Below, in pieces: positions 38,857 through 48,234 of a DNA stretch of 64,000 bases. The DNA comes from Terriglobia bacterium. GTDB taxonomy: Bacteria > Acidobacteriota > Terriglobia > Bryobacterales > JACQDG01. The stretch covers positions 96 to 64,095 of the forward strand of contig JBGPDC010000005.1 in the NCBI GenBank assembly GCA_041482115.1, written 5' to 3'. A program made the position numbers and the translations under genes. Within the stretch, counting starts at the first letter, position 1. Each line of letters begins with the position of its first letter. The notes below the pieces were generated by a model. The model ran no database searches. It had not been told where the DNA came from and saw only the letters and a program-made list of their open reading frames with translations.

Positions 38857-39108
38857 GTGAAGGCGCGGATCGTTCGAATCGGCAACTCTCGCGGAGTGCG
38901 CCTGCCTAAAGTGCTGCTCGCTCAAGCCAATCTTCCAGAGGAAGTCGAGCTCCACGCGGCGCCCGGCCGCATCGTCGTCGAGGCGGCCCGGCGGCCGCGC
39001 GACGGGTGGGCGGACGCGGCCCGGCAGATGCATGCGGGCGGCGAAGATCGGCTCCTCGACGCTCCCACGCCGACGCGGTTCGACGAACAGGAGTGGGAGT
39101 GGCGCTAG
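38857..39108 (+). CDS. mazE: AbrB/MazE antitoxin
   Basis: IVRIGNSRGVRLPK; GAGGAGG RBS; upstream TTACA-a-TGTAA palindrome at 38819-38829. Confidence 0.9.
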   Translation: MKARIVRIGNSRGVRLPKVLLAQANLPEEVELHAAPGRIVVEAARRPRDGWADAARQMHAGGEDRLLDAPTPTRFDEQEWEWR

Positions 39109-39437
39109 AACGCGCCTCCGTTTCTCGTGGCGAGGTGTATCTAGTGCAGCTCGACCCGACCCGCGGCAGCGAGATCCGAAAAACGCGGCCCTGTCTGGTG
39201 GTCTCGCCAAACGAGTTGAACCAGCACCTGCGAACCGTGCTGGTCGCGCCGATGACCACCGGTGGGCACGCCTTCCCTTGGCGTATCGCCTGTACTTTTC
39301 ACAGCCGGCGCGGGTTTGTCGCGCTCGACCAGCTTCGGACGGTTGACAAGGAGCGCCTGGTGAACCGGCTCGGCCGGCTGACTCCGGCCACGCTGGGGTC
39401 TGTCTGGTCGACCTTGCAGGAGATGTTTGCTGCTTAG
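39099..39437 (+). CDS. mazF: PemK/MazF endoribonuclease toxin
   Basis: RGEVYLVQLDPTRGSEIRKTRPCLVVSP, DQLRTVDKERL. Confidence 0.92.
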   Translation: MALERASVSRGEVYLVQLDPTRGSEIRKTRPCLVVSPNELNQHLRTVLVAPMTTGGHAFPWRIACTFHSRRGFVALDQLRTVDKERLVNRLGRLTPATLGSVWSTLQEMFAA

Positions 39438-39537
39438 AGTGGATGCCTGACCGGCAGGCACATGGGACGTTGCTTGGCCCGCTCCGAAAGGTGTTAGACT
39501 CAGGTGATTTTTAGCGATCCCGAAACTGCAAATAGGT

Positions 39538-41994
39538 ATGGATCAAGATAGGCAAAAGGACGCTCTGGTGGGCGTGCTGGTCAAGGATCGCTACCTTGTC
39601 GAGAAGGAGCTGGGCCGCGGCGGATTCGCCGTGACGTATCTGGCAAGCGACACGCAGCTCGACTCGCGTCCGGTGGTCGTCAAGATCCTTCTGGAGCATC
39701 ACGCGGAGAATCGGTTCGTACTGAAAAAGTTCCACCACGAGATGCAAGCGCTGGCGCGGCTTGACCATCCCGGCGTGGTTGGCGCGCTGGATACGGGCGA
39801 GTTGCCTAACGGCAACCCGTTCCTGGTGATGCAGTTCATCAAAGGCGTCACCCTGCGCGAGGTCATCACGCCCCTAGGAATGGACCTGGAGCACGTGGCC
39901 CACATTGTCCGCCAATTGGGACAGGCGCTGAGTGTCGCCCATCAGGCTGGGATTTGCCACCGCGATGTGAAGCCCGAAAACATCATGCTCCAGAGCCTCG
40001 GGGAAGGCGAGGAGCAGGCCAAGCTCATCGATTTCGGAATCGCCAGCATTCGAGACGCTCAAGTCGCGGACTTGACTCCCTCGACAATAATTCCGGGAAG
40101 CTGGAGATACATGGCGCCGGAACAATTCGAAGGCAAGAAGGCGTCGCCAGCTAGCGATGTGTATGCGCTGGGGGTGGTGGCCTATGAAATGGTCACCGGC
40201 AGGAGGCCTTTCAATGCGGAGGCGGGTCTGGTGCAGTTGGTGATGCTGCAGCGTCAGGGCGTCAAGGTTAAACCCAAGGACTTGCGCCCCGGCCTTCCCG
40301 AAGCGGCGCAGGACGTTATTTGGAAAGCGCTGGCCCGAAATCCCGAAGAGCGCTATGCCCGTGCGCGTGATTTCGGTGAGGCCCTCGCAAAAGCTCTCAC
40401 GGACGATGCCGCCGAGACGGAGACGGACGCGCCGGTGGTGGAAGGGAACTGGCAACAACCGCTGGAGATCGCTCACGTGCTGTTCATGGATCTGGTAGCC
40501 CACGCTACCCTGCCGATCGACCAGCAGAAAAAACACGTACAGCTCCTTCAGCGGATCGTAGGCGAGACGCCCGACTTCGCCCACGCCAAAGCACTCCATC
40601 AGTTAATGTCGCTCCCCGCTGGTGATGGCATGGCCCTCGTGTTCTTCGTTGACGCGATGGCGCCCGTGCGTTGCGCGCTTTCCATTGCCACGGCGCTGAA
40701 GAATCATCCCGACCTGAAGCTGCGAATGGGCCTGAACAGCGGACCGGTCTACCGCAACGCAAACATAAATGTAAACAGCGATGTGGTCGGCGGCGGCATA
40801 ATCATGGCGCAGCGGGCGATGGACTGCGGCGACGCCGGACACATTCTGCTTTCGAGGACGATTGCCGAAGTGATCGGCGCGCACACCGACTGGGCAGCGC
40901 ACTTGCAGGATCTCGGAGAGCACACCGTCAAGAACGGCGCCAAGGTCCACGTGTACAACCTGTGTACCGGTGAGCTGGGCAATCCGGCAGTGCCGGAGAA
41001 GCTGCGCCCGAGCCCTGGCCCGGAGGCGCCCGAACCTAAGTTCGGCCTGCTGGAGGCGCCCTCCGAGAACCGGTTTCGCAGAGTGTGGGTTCCGGCGCTG
41101 GTGATATTGGGAGTGGCCATCGCAGGCGCGGCCTGGTGGACGCGCGCTCCGGCGGTGCGAGAGAAACAAGGCGCTGGCGCTTCGTTGAAAATTCCTGTTC
41201 AGGCGCCTCCAAGCGAGGCTGCACCACCGCCCAAGGCCGCCGAGCCGCCACCCGCAGCAGCAGCCGTTGCTCCAGCCGGCGGCAACGCCTCGCCGGTCGC
41301 GCCGGTGACCACAGACGGTCAAGCTGCCGGACGCACGAAGGTGAATCCGAAAGATGGACTCACCTACGTATGGGTTCCGCCGGGAGCGTTTACGATGGGT
41401 TGCTCGCCGGCAGATACGGAGTGCTCCGATGGCGAGAAGCCGGCGCATCCGGTAAACCTAACGAAAGGGTTCTGGATCGGGCAGACGGAGGTAACACAGG
41501 AAGCTTACCAACGAGTCGCCGGCAAGAAACCGAGCCACTTTCGCGGAGACCGGCTGCCAGTGGAAAACGTGAATTGGAACGAGGCGCAGGCGTACTGTAA
41601 AGCTGCCGGGATGCGACTGCCGACCGAGGCGGAGTGGGAATACGCGGCGCGAGGGGGCAGCACTGCGAACCGGCCCGGAGACCTGGACGCAGTCGCCTGG
41701 TATAGCGGCAACAGCGAAAAGAAGACGCAAGAAGTGGCGCAGAGGCAGCCGAACGGTTACGGGTTGTATGACATGCTGGGCAATGTTTGGGAGTGGGTGG
41801 CAGATTGGCATGATGAGCGCTACTACCAATTTAGTCAGCCACTCGATCCACAGGGTCCCTCCAATGGAGATTCGCGAACGCAGCGGGGCGGTTCCTGGTA
41901 CAACATTCCGAAAGGCATCCGCGTGTCGAACCGTCTCTGGCGCAAACCGGGCAACCGTTTCAACGACGTCGGCTTCCGGTGCGCCGGGGAATGA
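39538..41994 (+). CDS. Ser/Thr kinase - class III nucleotide cyclase-like - TM - FGE-sulfatase domain protein
   Basis: LGRGGFA, HRDVKPEN, DFG, APE; LFMDLV, GDGMALVF, LRMGLNSG; TM VWVPALVILGVAIAGAAWW; RLPTEAEWEYAARG, GNVWEW, GFRC. Confidence 0.9.
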   Translation: MDQDRQKDALVGVLVKDRYLVEKELGRGGFAVTYLASDTQLDSRPVVVKILLEHHAENRFVLKKFHHEMQALARLDHPGVVGALDTGELPNGNPFLVMQFIKGVTLREVITPLGMDLEHVAHIVRQLGQALSVAHQAGICHRDVKPENIMLQSLGEGEEQAKLIDFGIASIRDAQVADLTPSTIIPGSWRYMAPEQFEGKKASPASDVYALGVVAYEMVTGRRPFNAEAGLVQLVMLQRQGVKVKPKDLRPGLPEAAQDVIWKALARNPEERYARARDFGEALAKALTDDAAETETDAPVVEGNWQQPLEIAHVLFMDLVAHATLPIDQQKKHVQLLQRIVGETPDFAHAKALHQLMSLPAGDGMALVFFVDAMAPVRCALSIATALKNHPDLKLRMGLNSGPVYRNANINVNSDVVGGGIIMAQRAMDCGDAGHILLSRTIAEVIGAHTDWAAHLQDLGEHTVKNGAKVHVYNLCTGELGNPAVPEKLRPSPGPEAPEPKFGLLEAPSENRFRRVWVPALVILGVAIAGAAWWTRAPAVREKQGAGASLKIPVQAPPSEAAPPPKAAEPPPAAAAVAPAGGNASPVAPVTTDGQAAGRTKVNPKDGLTYVWVPPGAFTMGCSPADTECSDGEKPAHPVNLTKGFWIGQTEVTQEAYQRVAGKKPSHFRGDRLPVENVNWNEAQAYCKAAGMRLPTEAEWEYAARGGSTANRPGDLDAVAWYSGNSEKKTQEVAQRQPNGYGLYDMLGNVWEWVADWHDERYYQFSQPLDPQGPSNGDSRTQRGGSWYNIPKGIRVSNRLWRKPGNRFNDVGFRCAGE

Positions 41995-42009
41995 TCTTTT
42001 CTCGGATTG

Positions 42010-42056
42010 ACCTGGACTGCCGGGTCGCCGCCGAGCAGTGAGCCCTTTCACCCGAC
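42010..42056. repeat. 47-bp dispersed repeat, copy 1
   Basis: 42 of 47 positions match 51657-51703 by manual alignment. Confidence 0.75.
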
Positions 42057-42242
42057 AGCGACTCCGAAGACCATCCACAGTAATGAGGGGCGGGCTTCTG
42101 GGCGCCTCTTCGTGGCCAGAGCAAATCAACCGCGACAAAAGCGTAGCGCAACACCTAACGATCCAAACGGGCCAAGGGCGACTAGATGTAAACTAGGCAC
42201 GTCCGGGAACCCAACGTGGAAGTCTCGGCTACCAGAATCTAA

Positions 42243-45236
42243 ATGGGCCCCCAGCATCGCTCCCTTCTTTGCCTTGCACTCCTGACCACGTCTTCGCTTT
42301 TCGCGCAGTCCACGGCGTTGCGGGGTGTAATCACGGATCAATCCGGAGCGGTAGTTCCCAGGGCCCAGGTGACGCTTACCGGACCGGGCGGCGTGGTCAA
42401 GACTACCGCGTCAAATAATGACGGGTCCTACTCGTTCACGGACCTGGTTCCCGGCGGCTATACCGTGCAAGCCAATGCGCCCGACCTGGCGCTCGCGGAG
42501 GCCGCGAAGATTACGCTGCGGTCCGGCCCCCAGACGCTGAACCTGCAGTTGAAGGTCGCGGCCACGATGCAGCAGGTCCGGGTCGACGATAACGCCGGAC
42601 CCGCCGTCAGCACGGACGCTGCGAGCAATGCCAACGCGCTGGTGCTGAGTGGCGACGACCTGGACGCGCTCGCCGACAACCCGGAAGATCTGCAAGCCGA
42701 TCTGCTGGCGCTGGCCGGACCCTCCGCCGGCCCCGGGGGCGGGTCCATCTTCATCGACGGGTTCAGTGGCGGCGAGCTGCCGCCGAAGAACACCATTCGT
42801 GAAATCCGCATCAACCAGAATCCGTTTGCGGCGGAGTACGACAAGCTCGGCTTCGGCCGCATCGAGATTTTCACCAAGCCGGGAACGGACAAGTGGCGCG
42901 GGTCCATCAATTACAACATTCAGAATGAATTCTGGAACTCGCGCAATCCCTACTCGGACCGGAAGGCGCCTTTGCGTCTGAACGAGTTCGAAGGCGGCGT
43001 CAGCGGGTCGCTCAGCCGCCGGATGTCATTCACGCTCGATGCGGAGCGGCAAAAGGTCGACAACGGGTCCATCGTCAACGCCGTGACGCTCGATCCCCAG
43101 ACGCTCACCGTCACGCCCTTCAACGACGTGAGGAAGACGCCTCAAATGCGCGTCCGGGTGACGCCCCGGATCGACTATCAACTCACGCCGAACCATACTC
43201 TGTCGCTCCGCTACGGGGTCACACACATCGATATTGAGGATGCGGGCATCGGCAGCTTCGATCTGATTTCCCGCGGCTATCACAACTTGAACACCAGTCA
43301 GACGGTGCAGGCCACCGAGACGGCGGTATTGGGCACGAGTATCAATGAAACGCGGTTTCAGTACTTCCGCAGCAGCGGCGAGGCGATCGCCAATAGCCTG
43401 AGTCCGACGCTGCGGGTGCTCGGATCGTTCAATGGCGGCGGGGCGCAGACCGGGCGGTCCTTCAACACTCAGGATAGTTTCGAGCTGCAGAACTATACCT
43501 CGGTGCTGCGAGGCACGCATACCTGGAGATTCGGCGTCCGGCTGCGCGGCGAATGGCTCGACAGCGTGTCGCCGCAAAATTTCGAGGGGACCTTTACTTT
43601 TGCGGGCGGCCTCGCGCCGGTGCTCGATGCCGGCAACCAGCCGGTGCTCGATGCGGCGGGCCAGCCCGTACTGGCGCAGATCCAATCGATCGAACGGTAT
43701 CGGCGGACCCTGCTTCTGGGACAGATAGGACTGCCGGCAGCGCAGATCCGGACTTTGGGAGGCGGCGCCACCCAGTTCAGCATCAACGCCGGCGTCCCAG
43801 GGCTCGCTGTGCAGCAGGTGGATGTCGGTGCGTTCGTGGGAGACGACTGGCGCGTGCGCCCAAACCTGACGCTGAACTTCGGGCTGCGCTACGAGACGCA
43901 GAGTAACCTCCATGACTGGCGCGACTGGGCGCCGCGGGTGGGCGTCGCGTGGGCGCCGGGCGGCGGAGCCAAGAACTCCCGGGCGAAGACCGTGCTGCGG
44001 GCCGGATTCGGAATGTTCTACGACCGCTTCGCCCTGTCGAACACGCTCACCGCGCAACGCTATAACGGCATCGCGCAGCGGCAGTACGTGATCACAAACC
44101 CGGATTTCTTTCCGAGCATCCCGCCGATCTCGTTGCTGGCCGGGTCCCAGTCGAGGCAGGTGGTTCAAGAGGTGAGTGCTGCGCTGCGCGCGCCGTACAT
44201 CATGCAGTCCGCTTTCAATGTGGAGCGCCAGTTGCCTGCTCACACCACCGTGGCGGTTACCTACACGAATTCGCACGGGCTGCACCAGTTTCGATCGCAG
44301 GACATCAACGCGCCTGTGCCGGGGACTTACAATCCCAGCCTCCCGGGCAGTGGCGTGTACCCGCTGGGCACGCCCGATCCGCTGTTCCTGATGACCTCGT
44401 CGGGCCTGTACAACCAGAATCAGGTCATGTTCAACGTCAATTCGCGCGTGAACCCGAGGGTCTCGCTGTATGGTTTCTACGTGTTCAATCGGGCCATGAG
44501 CAATACGGACGGGCTGGGCAGTTTTCCGGCCAATCCGTATAGTGACGCGGGCGAGTATGGGCCGGGTGCGACCGACATACACCATCGCGTGAACGTCGGT
44601 GGAGCGATCAACACGAAATGGCATGTCCGGATCAGTCCCTACATAAACGTTCAATCCGGCGCGCCGTTCGATATCACGGCCGGGGGCGATCTGTTCGGCA
44701 CCACGCTGTTCAATGGCCGCCCCGGAATGGCGACGAATCCGAATAAGGCGGGGCTGATCCAGACCGCCTACGGCTTGCTGGACCCCAACCCGTCGGCGGA
44801 CGAAAAATTGCTGTCACGGAATTACGGGCGCGGTCCGGGGCAGGTCACCGTGAATGTGCGCATTGGCAAGACGTGGGGATTCGGATCGGAGCGCGGGAGA
44901 ACGGCCACGGCCACGGTTGGTCCTGGTCCGGGCGAAGGCGGCGGGCCGCGTCCGGGCGGCGGTCCCGGTGGCGGTCCAGGCGGTGGTCCGGGTGGTCCGG
45001 GCAATGGAGGGGGCATCACCGGCGGCGTGGCGAGCACGAGCCGCCGTTATAATGTGACGCTCTCGGCGTCGATACGAAACCTGACCAATCACAACAACCC
45101 GGGACCGATCAGCGGCAACATCACCTCGCCGCTGTTTGGCAGAGCTAACCAGGCGGCCGGCTTTGGCGGCGGAAGCGGCATCTCGGAAAACGCCAACAAC
45201 CGGCGGACGGAGTTCCAGCTCCGGCTCGCGTTCTAA
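42243..45236 (+). CDS. Oar-like TonB-dependent receptor with carboxypeptidase regulatory-like domain
   Basis: Signal peptide; GVITDQSGAVVP, NPFAAEY, LTLNFGLRYE, APRVGVAW, C-terminal QLRLAF. Confidence 0.9.
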   Translation: MGPQHRSLLCLALLTTSSLFAQSTALRGVITDQSGAVVPRAQVTLTGPGGVVKTTASNNDGSYSFTDLVPGGYTVQANAPDLALAEAAKITLRSGPQTLNLQLKVAATMQQVRVDDNAGPAVSTDAASNANALVLSGDDLDALADNPEDLQADLLALAGPSAGPGGGSIFIDGFSGGELPPKNTIREIRINQNPFAAEYDKLGFGRIEIFTKPGTDKWRGSINYNIQNEFWNSRNPYSDRKAPLRLNEFEGGVSGSLSRRMSFTLDAERQKVDNGSIVNAVTLDPQTLTVTPFNDVRKTPQMRVRVTPRIDYQLTPNHTLSLRYGVTHIDIEDAGIGSFDLISRGYHNLNTSQTVQATETAVLGTSINETRFQYFRSSGEAIANSLSPTLRVLGSFNGGGAQTGRSFNTQDSFELQNYTSVLRGTHTWRFGVRLRGEWLDSVSPQNFEGTFTFAGGLAPVLDAGNQPVLDAAGQPVLAQIQSIERYRRTLLLGQIGLPAAQIRTLGGGATQFSINAGVPGLAVQQVDVGAFVGDDWRVRPNLTLNFGLRYETQSNLHDWRDWAPRVGVAWAPGGGAKNSRAKTVLRAGFGMFYDRFALSNTLTAQRYNGIAQRQYVITNPDFFPSIPPISLLAGSQSRQVVQEVSAALRAPYIMQSAFNVERQLPAHTTVAVTYTNSHGLHQFRSQDINAPVPGTYNPSLPGSGVYPLGTPDPLFLMTSSGLYNQNQVMFNVNSRVNPRVSLYGFYVFNRAMSNTDGLGSFPANPYSDAGEYGPGATDIHHRVNVGGAINTKWHVRISPYINVQSGAPFDITAGGDLFGTTLFNGRPGMATNPNKAGLIQTAYGLLDPNPSADEKLLSRNYGRGPGQVTVNVRIGKTWGFGSERGRTATATVGPGPGEGGGPRPGGGPGGGPGGGPGGPGNGGGITGGVASTSRRYNVTLSASIRNLTNHNNPGPISGNITSPLFGRANQAAGFGGGSGISENANNRRTEFQLRLAF

Positions 45237-45272
45237 GCGTTCCACGCCGGCTAGGTCGAGGGAGTGGCTCTG

Positions 45273-45349
45273 GGATTTCGGGCGCAAATTTGCGCCCGAA
45301 TTAAGCCTTTAGATTCAATTAGTTGCCGCTTTGTGTCAATTTAGACACG
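45273..45349. repeat. Palindrome plus IHF-like box element, copy 2
   Basis: Perfect 24-bp palindrome TTCGGGCGCAAATTTGCGCCCGAA (45277-45300), then ATTCAAttagTTG. Confidence 0.8.
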
Positions 45350-45501
45350 CACGGACCCGGCCCGCGGGGGACGTTCTTGTCGCGATAGACCGGAACTTAA
45401 GGTTTCTGGAGTTCCGGAGCCGGCAGCAACCAGCGATCGAATAACCGCCCTTGGATGTGCTCGACGATCTGCTATAAAGGCTCTTCACAAAGGGGTTCGA
45501 A

Positions 45502-48234
45502 ATGGCCAGAACGCCCAGCAAATCCAAGGGTAATTCCGCAGCCGCAGGCAAAACGGCCAAGAACTATAGCCACCCGGAGTCCGACAGCCCGATGCGGCCC
45601 GACATTGGGACGCAGGCGCAGTTCAAGAAAACCAAACCCCCACAGAAATATAGCTACGATTCGTCGCTCTCGCCGGCGCTTGATTGGGACGGGCAGAATG
45701 CGGCGCGGGAGCAGGGCGAGGCGCTGATCCGGGAGATCCAGGAGGCGAAGTCGCTCGAAAAGGCGAAGGAAGCGGCGGCAAAGCTGCGGCGGCTGTCGAA
45801 GCCTTTTCTGAATTGGGCGGGGAAGGCGGAGCGGCTGTCGTTCGACGTCCCAACGCTGCCGCTTTTCGTCCACGAGCGGCTCTCGACGAAGGCGATCCTG
45901 GAGACGCTGAAGGGGCACAAGCGCGACAAGCAGATGGATCTGTACGACCTGTTCGGAGACCCGCAGCACTCGATCACCGACCAGGTGCTGAAGGCGTATG
46001 AGCACCGGGACCGCTGGGTGAACCGGATGATCCTGGGCGATTCACTGGTGGTGATGAACTCGCTCGCCGAATACGAGGGGCTGGGCGGCAAGGTGCAGAT
46101 GATCTACATGGACCCGCCTTACGGGGTGAAGTTCGGGTCCAACTTTCAGCCCTTCGTGCGGAAGCGGGACGTGTCGCATGGGGACGACGAGGACATGACG
46201 CGGGAGCCGGAGATGGTGCAGGCCTACCGGGACACTTGGGAGCTGGGGCTGCACTCATATTTGACGTACATGCGGGACCGGCTGCTGCTGTGCCGGGAAT
46301 TATTGAGCCCGAGTGGAAGTATTTTTGTGCAGATTGGAGACGAAAACGTACACCGCGTTCGCTCGGTCATGGAGGAAGTGTTTGGGCCGGAGAGTTTCGT
46401 CAGCCTAATATCGTTCGTAAAGACGACTAATGCAACAGGGAATCTCTTGCCAGGAACGGCGGACTTCATCTTGTGGTTTGCTCGTGATATCGAACGGCTG
46501 AAGTACAGACCTATCTTTCTGCCGAAGGAGATCGGCGGCGCTGGCGCTACTAATTACAACAGGGTGGTGCTTCCTGACGGCACGCGGCGGGGACTTACAG
46601 TGGAGGAGAAACAGGATCTCAGCCTTCTCCCACACGGAAGCCGAGTCTATAGTCTTGACAACCTATCAAGTCAGAGCATGGGCCGGGAAAAGGGGGAAGG
46701 GGCGGCATGTTGGTTCCCGGTTCGCGTTGGTGGGCGGGACTACCGACCCGACTTGCAGAGTCGCTGGAAGACGAATGAAGAGGGCATGAATAGGCTACAA
46801 GGGGCCTTGCGGTTGGAGGGTACTGCCAACAGGCTTGGCTACGTTCGCTACTTCGACGATTTCCCGTATTTCCCGTTGACCAACGTGTGGAGTGATGTTG
46901 GAGCGAGTTTCATGTCAGATAAGCTCTACGTGGTTCAGACGACCCCAAAGGTGGTTCAGCGCTGCATGCAAATGACTACCGACCCAGGTGACCTGGTCCT
47001 CGATCCAACCTGCGGGAGCGGCACCACGGCCTTCGTGGCAGAGCAGTGGGGACGCAGGTGGATTACCACCGACGTGAGCCGGGTGCCTCTGGCGCTGGCG
47101 CGGCAGCGCCTACTGACGGCGACCTATCCGTGGTACGCGCTGAAAGATGAAGCCCGGGGGCCGGCGGGCGGGTTTGCCTATATGCGAAAGCAAAACAACA
47201 AGGGAGAGGAGGTCGGGGGGATCGTCCCGCACGTCACGCTGAGAAGTATTGCCACCAATGAGCCGCCGGAGGAGGAGGTCCTGGTGGACCGGCCGGAGAC
47301 AAAAAGCGGCATTACGCGGGTGACGGGGCCGTTCTGTTTCGAGTCCACGATTCCGGCGCCGGCGGATGTGGTGGAAGAGGAAGGCAAGCCCGTGGCCGAG
47401 GACGGGCAGCCGTTCGTCGACCGGATGCTGGAGGTGCTGCGGAAGAGTCCCGTACTGCGCTTGAGCGGGAATCGGACGGTGACCTTTAAGAACATCCGTC
47501 CGCCGGCGAAGGCGCTGACGTTGTCGGCCGAGGGCGTGATTGGAAACGGCGCGGACAAGCCGGTGGCGTTCGTGTTCGGCCCCGAGAATGGGGCCGTGAC
47601 GGAGGGGCTTGTGTTTGAGGCGGCGCGCGAAGCGCACCTGAAAGGGTACGCGCAGCTTTTCGCGATCGGGTTCGCGGTCGAAGCCAAGGCGAGGACGTTT
47701 ATCGAGAATTGCGGGAAAGTCGTGGGGGTGCCGGCGACTTACGTCCAGGCGACCACGGATCTGACAATGAGCGATCTGCTCAAGACGATGCGCAGCAGCC
47801 AGATCTTCAGCGTGTGCGGTCTACCCGATGTGAAGCTGCGGGCGCGGCAGGAGGGGAAAGACGGCGTCCGGTATCAGGTGGAACTGCTGGGGCTCGACGT
47901 GTTCGATCCCGTGACCATGGAGGCGAAGCATTACCGGGGCGACGAGGCGGCCGAACAAGATAAGGTCCCGGCGTGGCTGCTGGATACCGATTACAACAAC
48001 CTGTGCTTCCACGTGTCACAGGCGTTTTTCCCCCGGACGGCGGCGTGGGACAGCCTGAAGCGGGCGCTGCGCGGGAGCTACGAAGATTCGGTGTGGGACC
48101 ACCTGGCGGGAACGGCGAGCGAGTGGTTCGAAGCCGGGGACCACAAGCAGGTAGCGGTGAAGGTCATTGACGACCGGGGGAATGAGCTGCTGGTGGTAAA
48201 GAGTTTTGCGGAAGCGGAGAAGGAGAAGAAGTGA
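45502..48234 (+). CDS. mod: Beta-class N6-adenine DNA methyltransferase (type III Mod-like)
   Basis: MILGDSL, YMDPPY, then LDPTCGSGTT (motif IV before motif I). Confidence 0.9.
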   Translation: MARTPSKSKGNSAAAGKTAKNYSHPESDSPMRPDIGTQAQFKKTKPPQKYSYDSSLSPALDWDGQNAAREQGEALIREIQEAKSLEKAKEAAAKLRRLSKPFLNWAGKAERLSFDVPTLPLFVHERLSTKAILETLKGHKRDKQMDLYDLFGDPQHSITDQVLKAYEHRDRWVNRMILGDSLVVMNSLAEYEGLGGKVQMIYMDPPYGVKFGSNFQPFVRKRDVSHGDDEDMTREPEMVQAYRDTWELGLHSYLTYMRDRLLLCRELLSPSGSIFVQIGDENVHRVRSVMEEVFGPESFVSLISFVKTTNATGNLLPGTADFILWFARDIERLKYRPIFLPKEIGGAGATNYNRVVLPDGTRRGLTVEEKQDLSLLPHGSRVYSLDNLSSQSMGREKGEGAACWFPVRVGGRDYRPDLQSRWKTNEEGMNRLQGALRLEGTANRLGYVRYFDDFPYFPLTNVWSDVGASFMSDKLYVVQTTPKVVQRCMQMTTDPGDLVLDPTCGSGTTAFVAEQWGRRWITTDVSRVPLALARQRLLTATYPWYALKDEARGPAGGFAYMRKQNNKGEEVGGIVPHVTLRSIATNEPPEEEVLVDRPETKSGITRVTGPFCFESTIPAPADVVEEEGKPVAEDGQPFVDRMLEVLRKSPVLRLSGNRTVTFKNIRPPAKALTLSAEGVIGNGADKPVAFVFGPENGAVTEGLVFEAAREAHLKGYAQLFAIGFAVEAKARTFIENCGKVVGVPATYVQATTDLTMSDLLKTMRSSQIFSVCGLPDVKLRARQEGKDGVRYQVELLGLDVFDPVTMEAKHYRGDEAAEQDKVPAWLLDTDYNNLCFHVSQAFFPRTAAWDSLKRALRGSYEDSVWDHLAGTASEWFEAGDHKQVAVKVIDDRGNELLVVKSFAEAEKEKK

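Noticed and set aside
41850-42060. Possible DGR variable region at the FGE domain C-terminus
   Set aside because: No reverse transcriptase and no template repeat differing only at adenines in the window; a remote DGR cannot be excluded
44930-45030. GGCGGTCC-type repeats
   Set aside because: They encode a GGGP low-complexity loop within the receptor, common in this family
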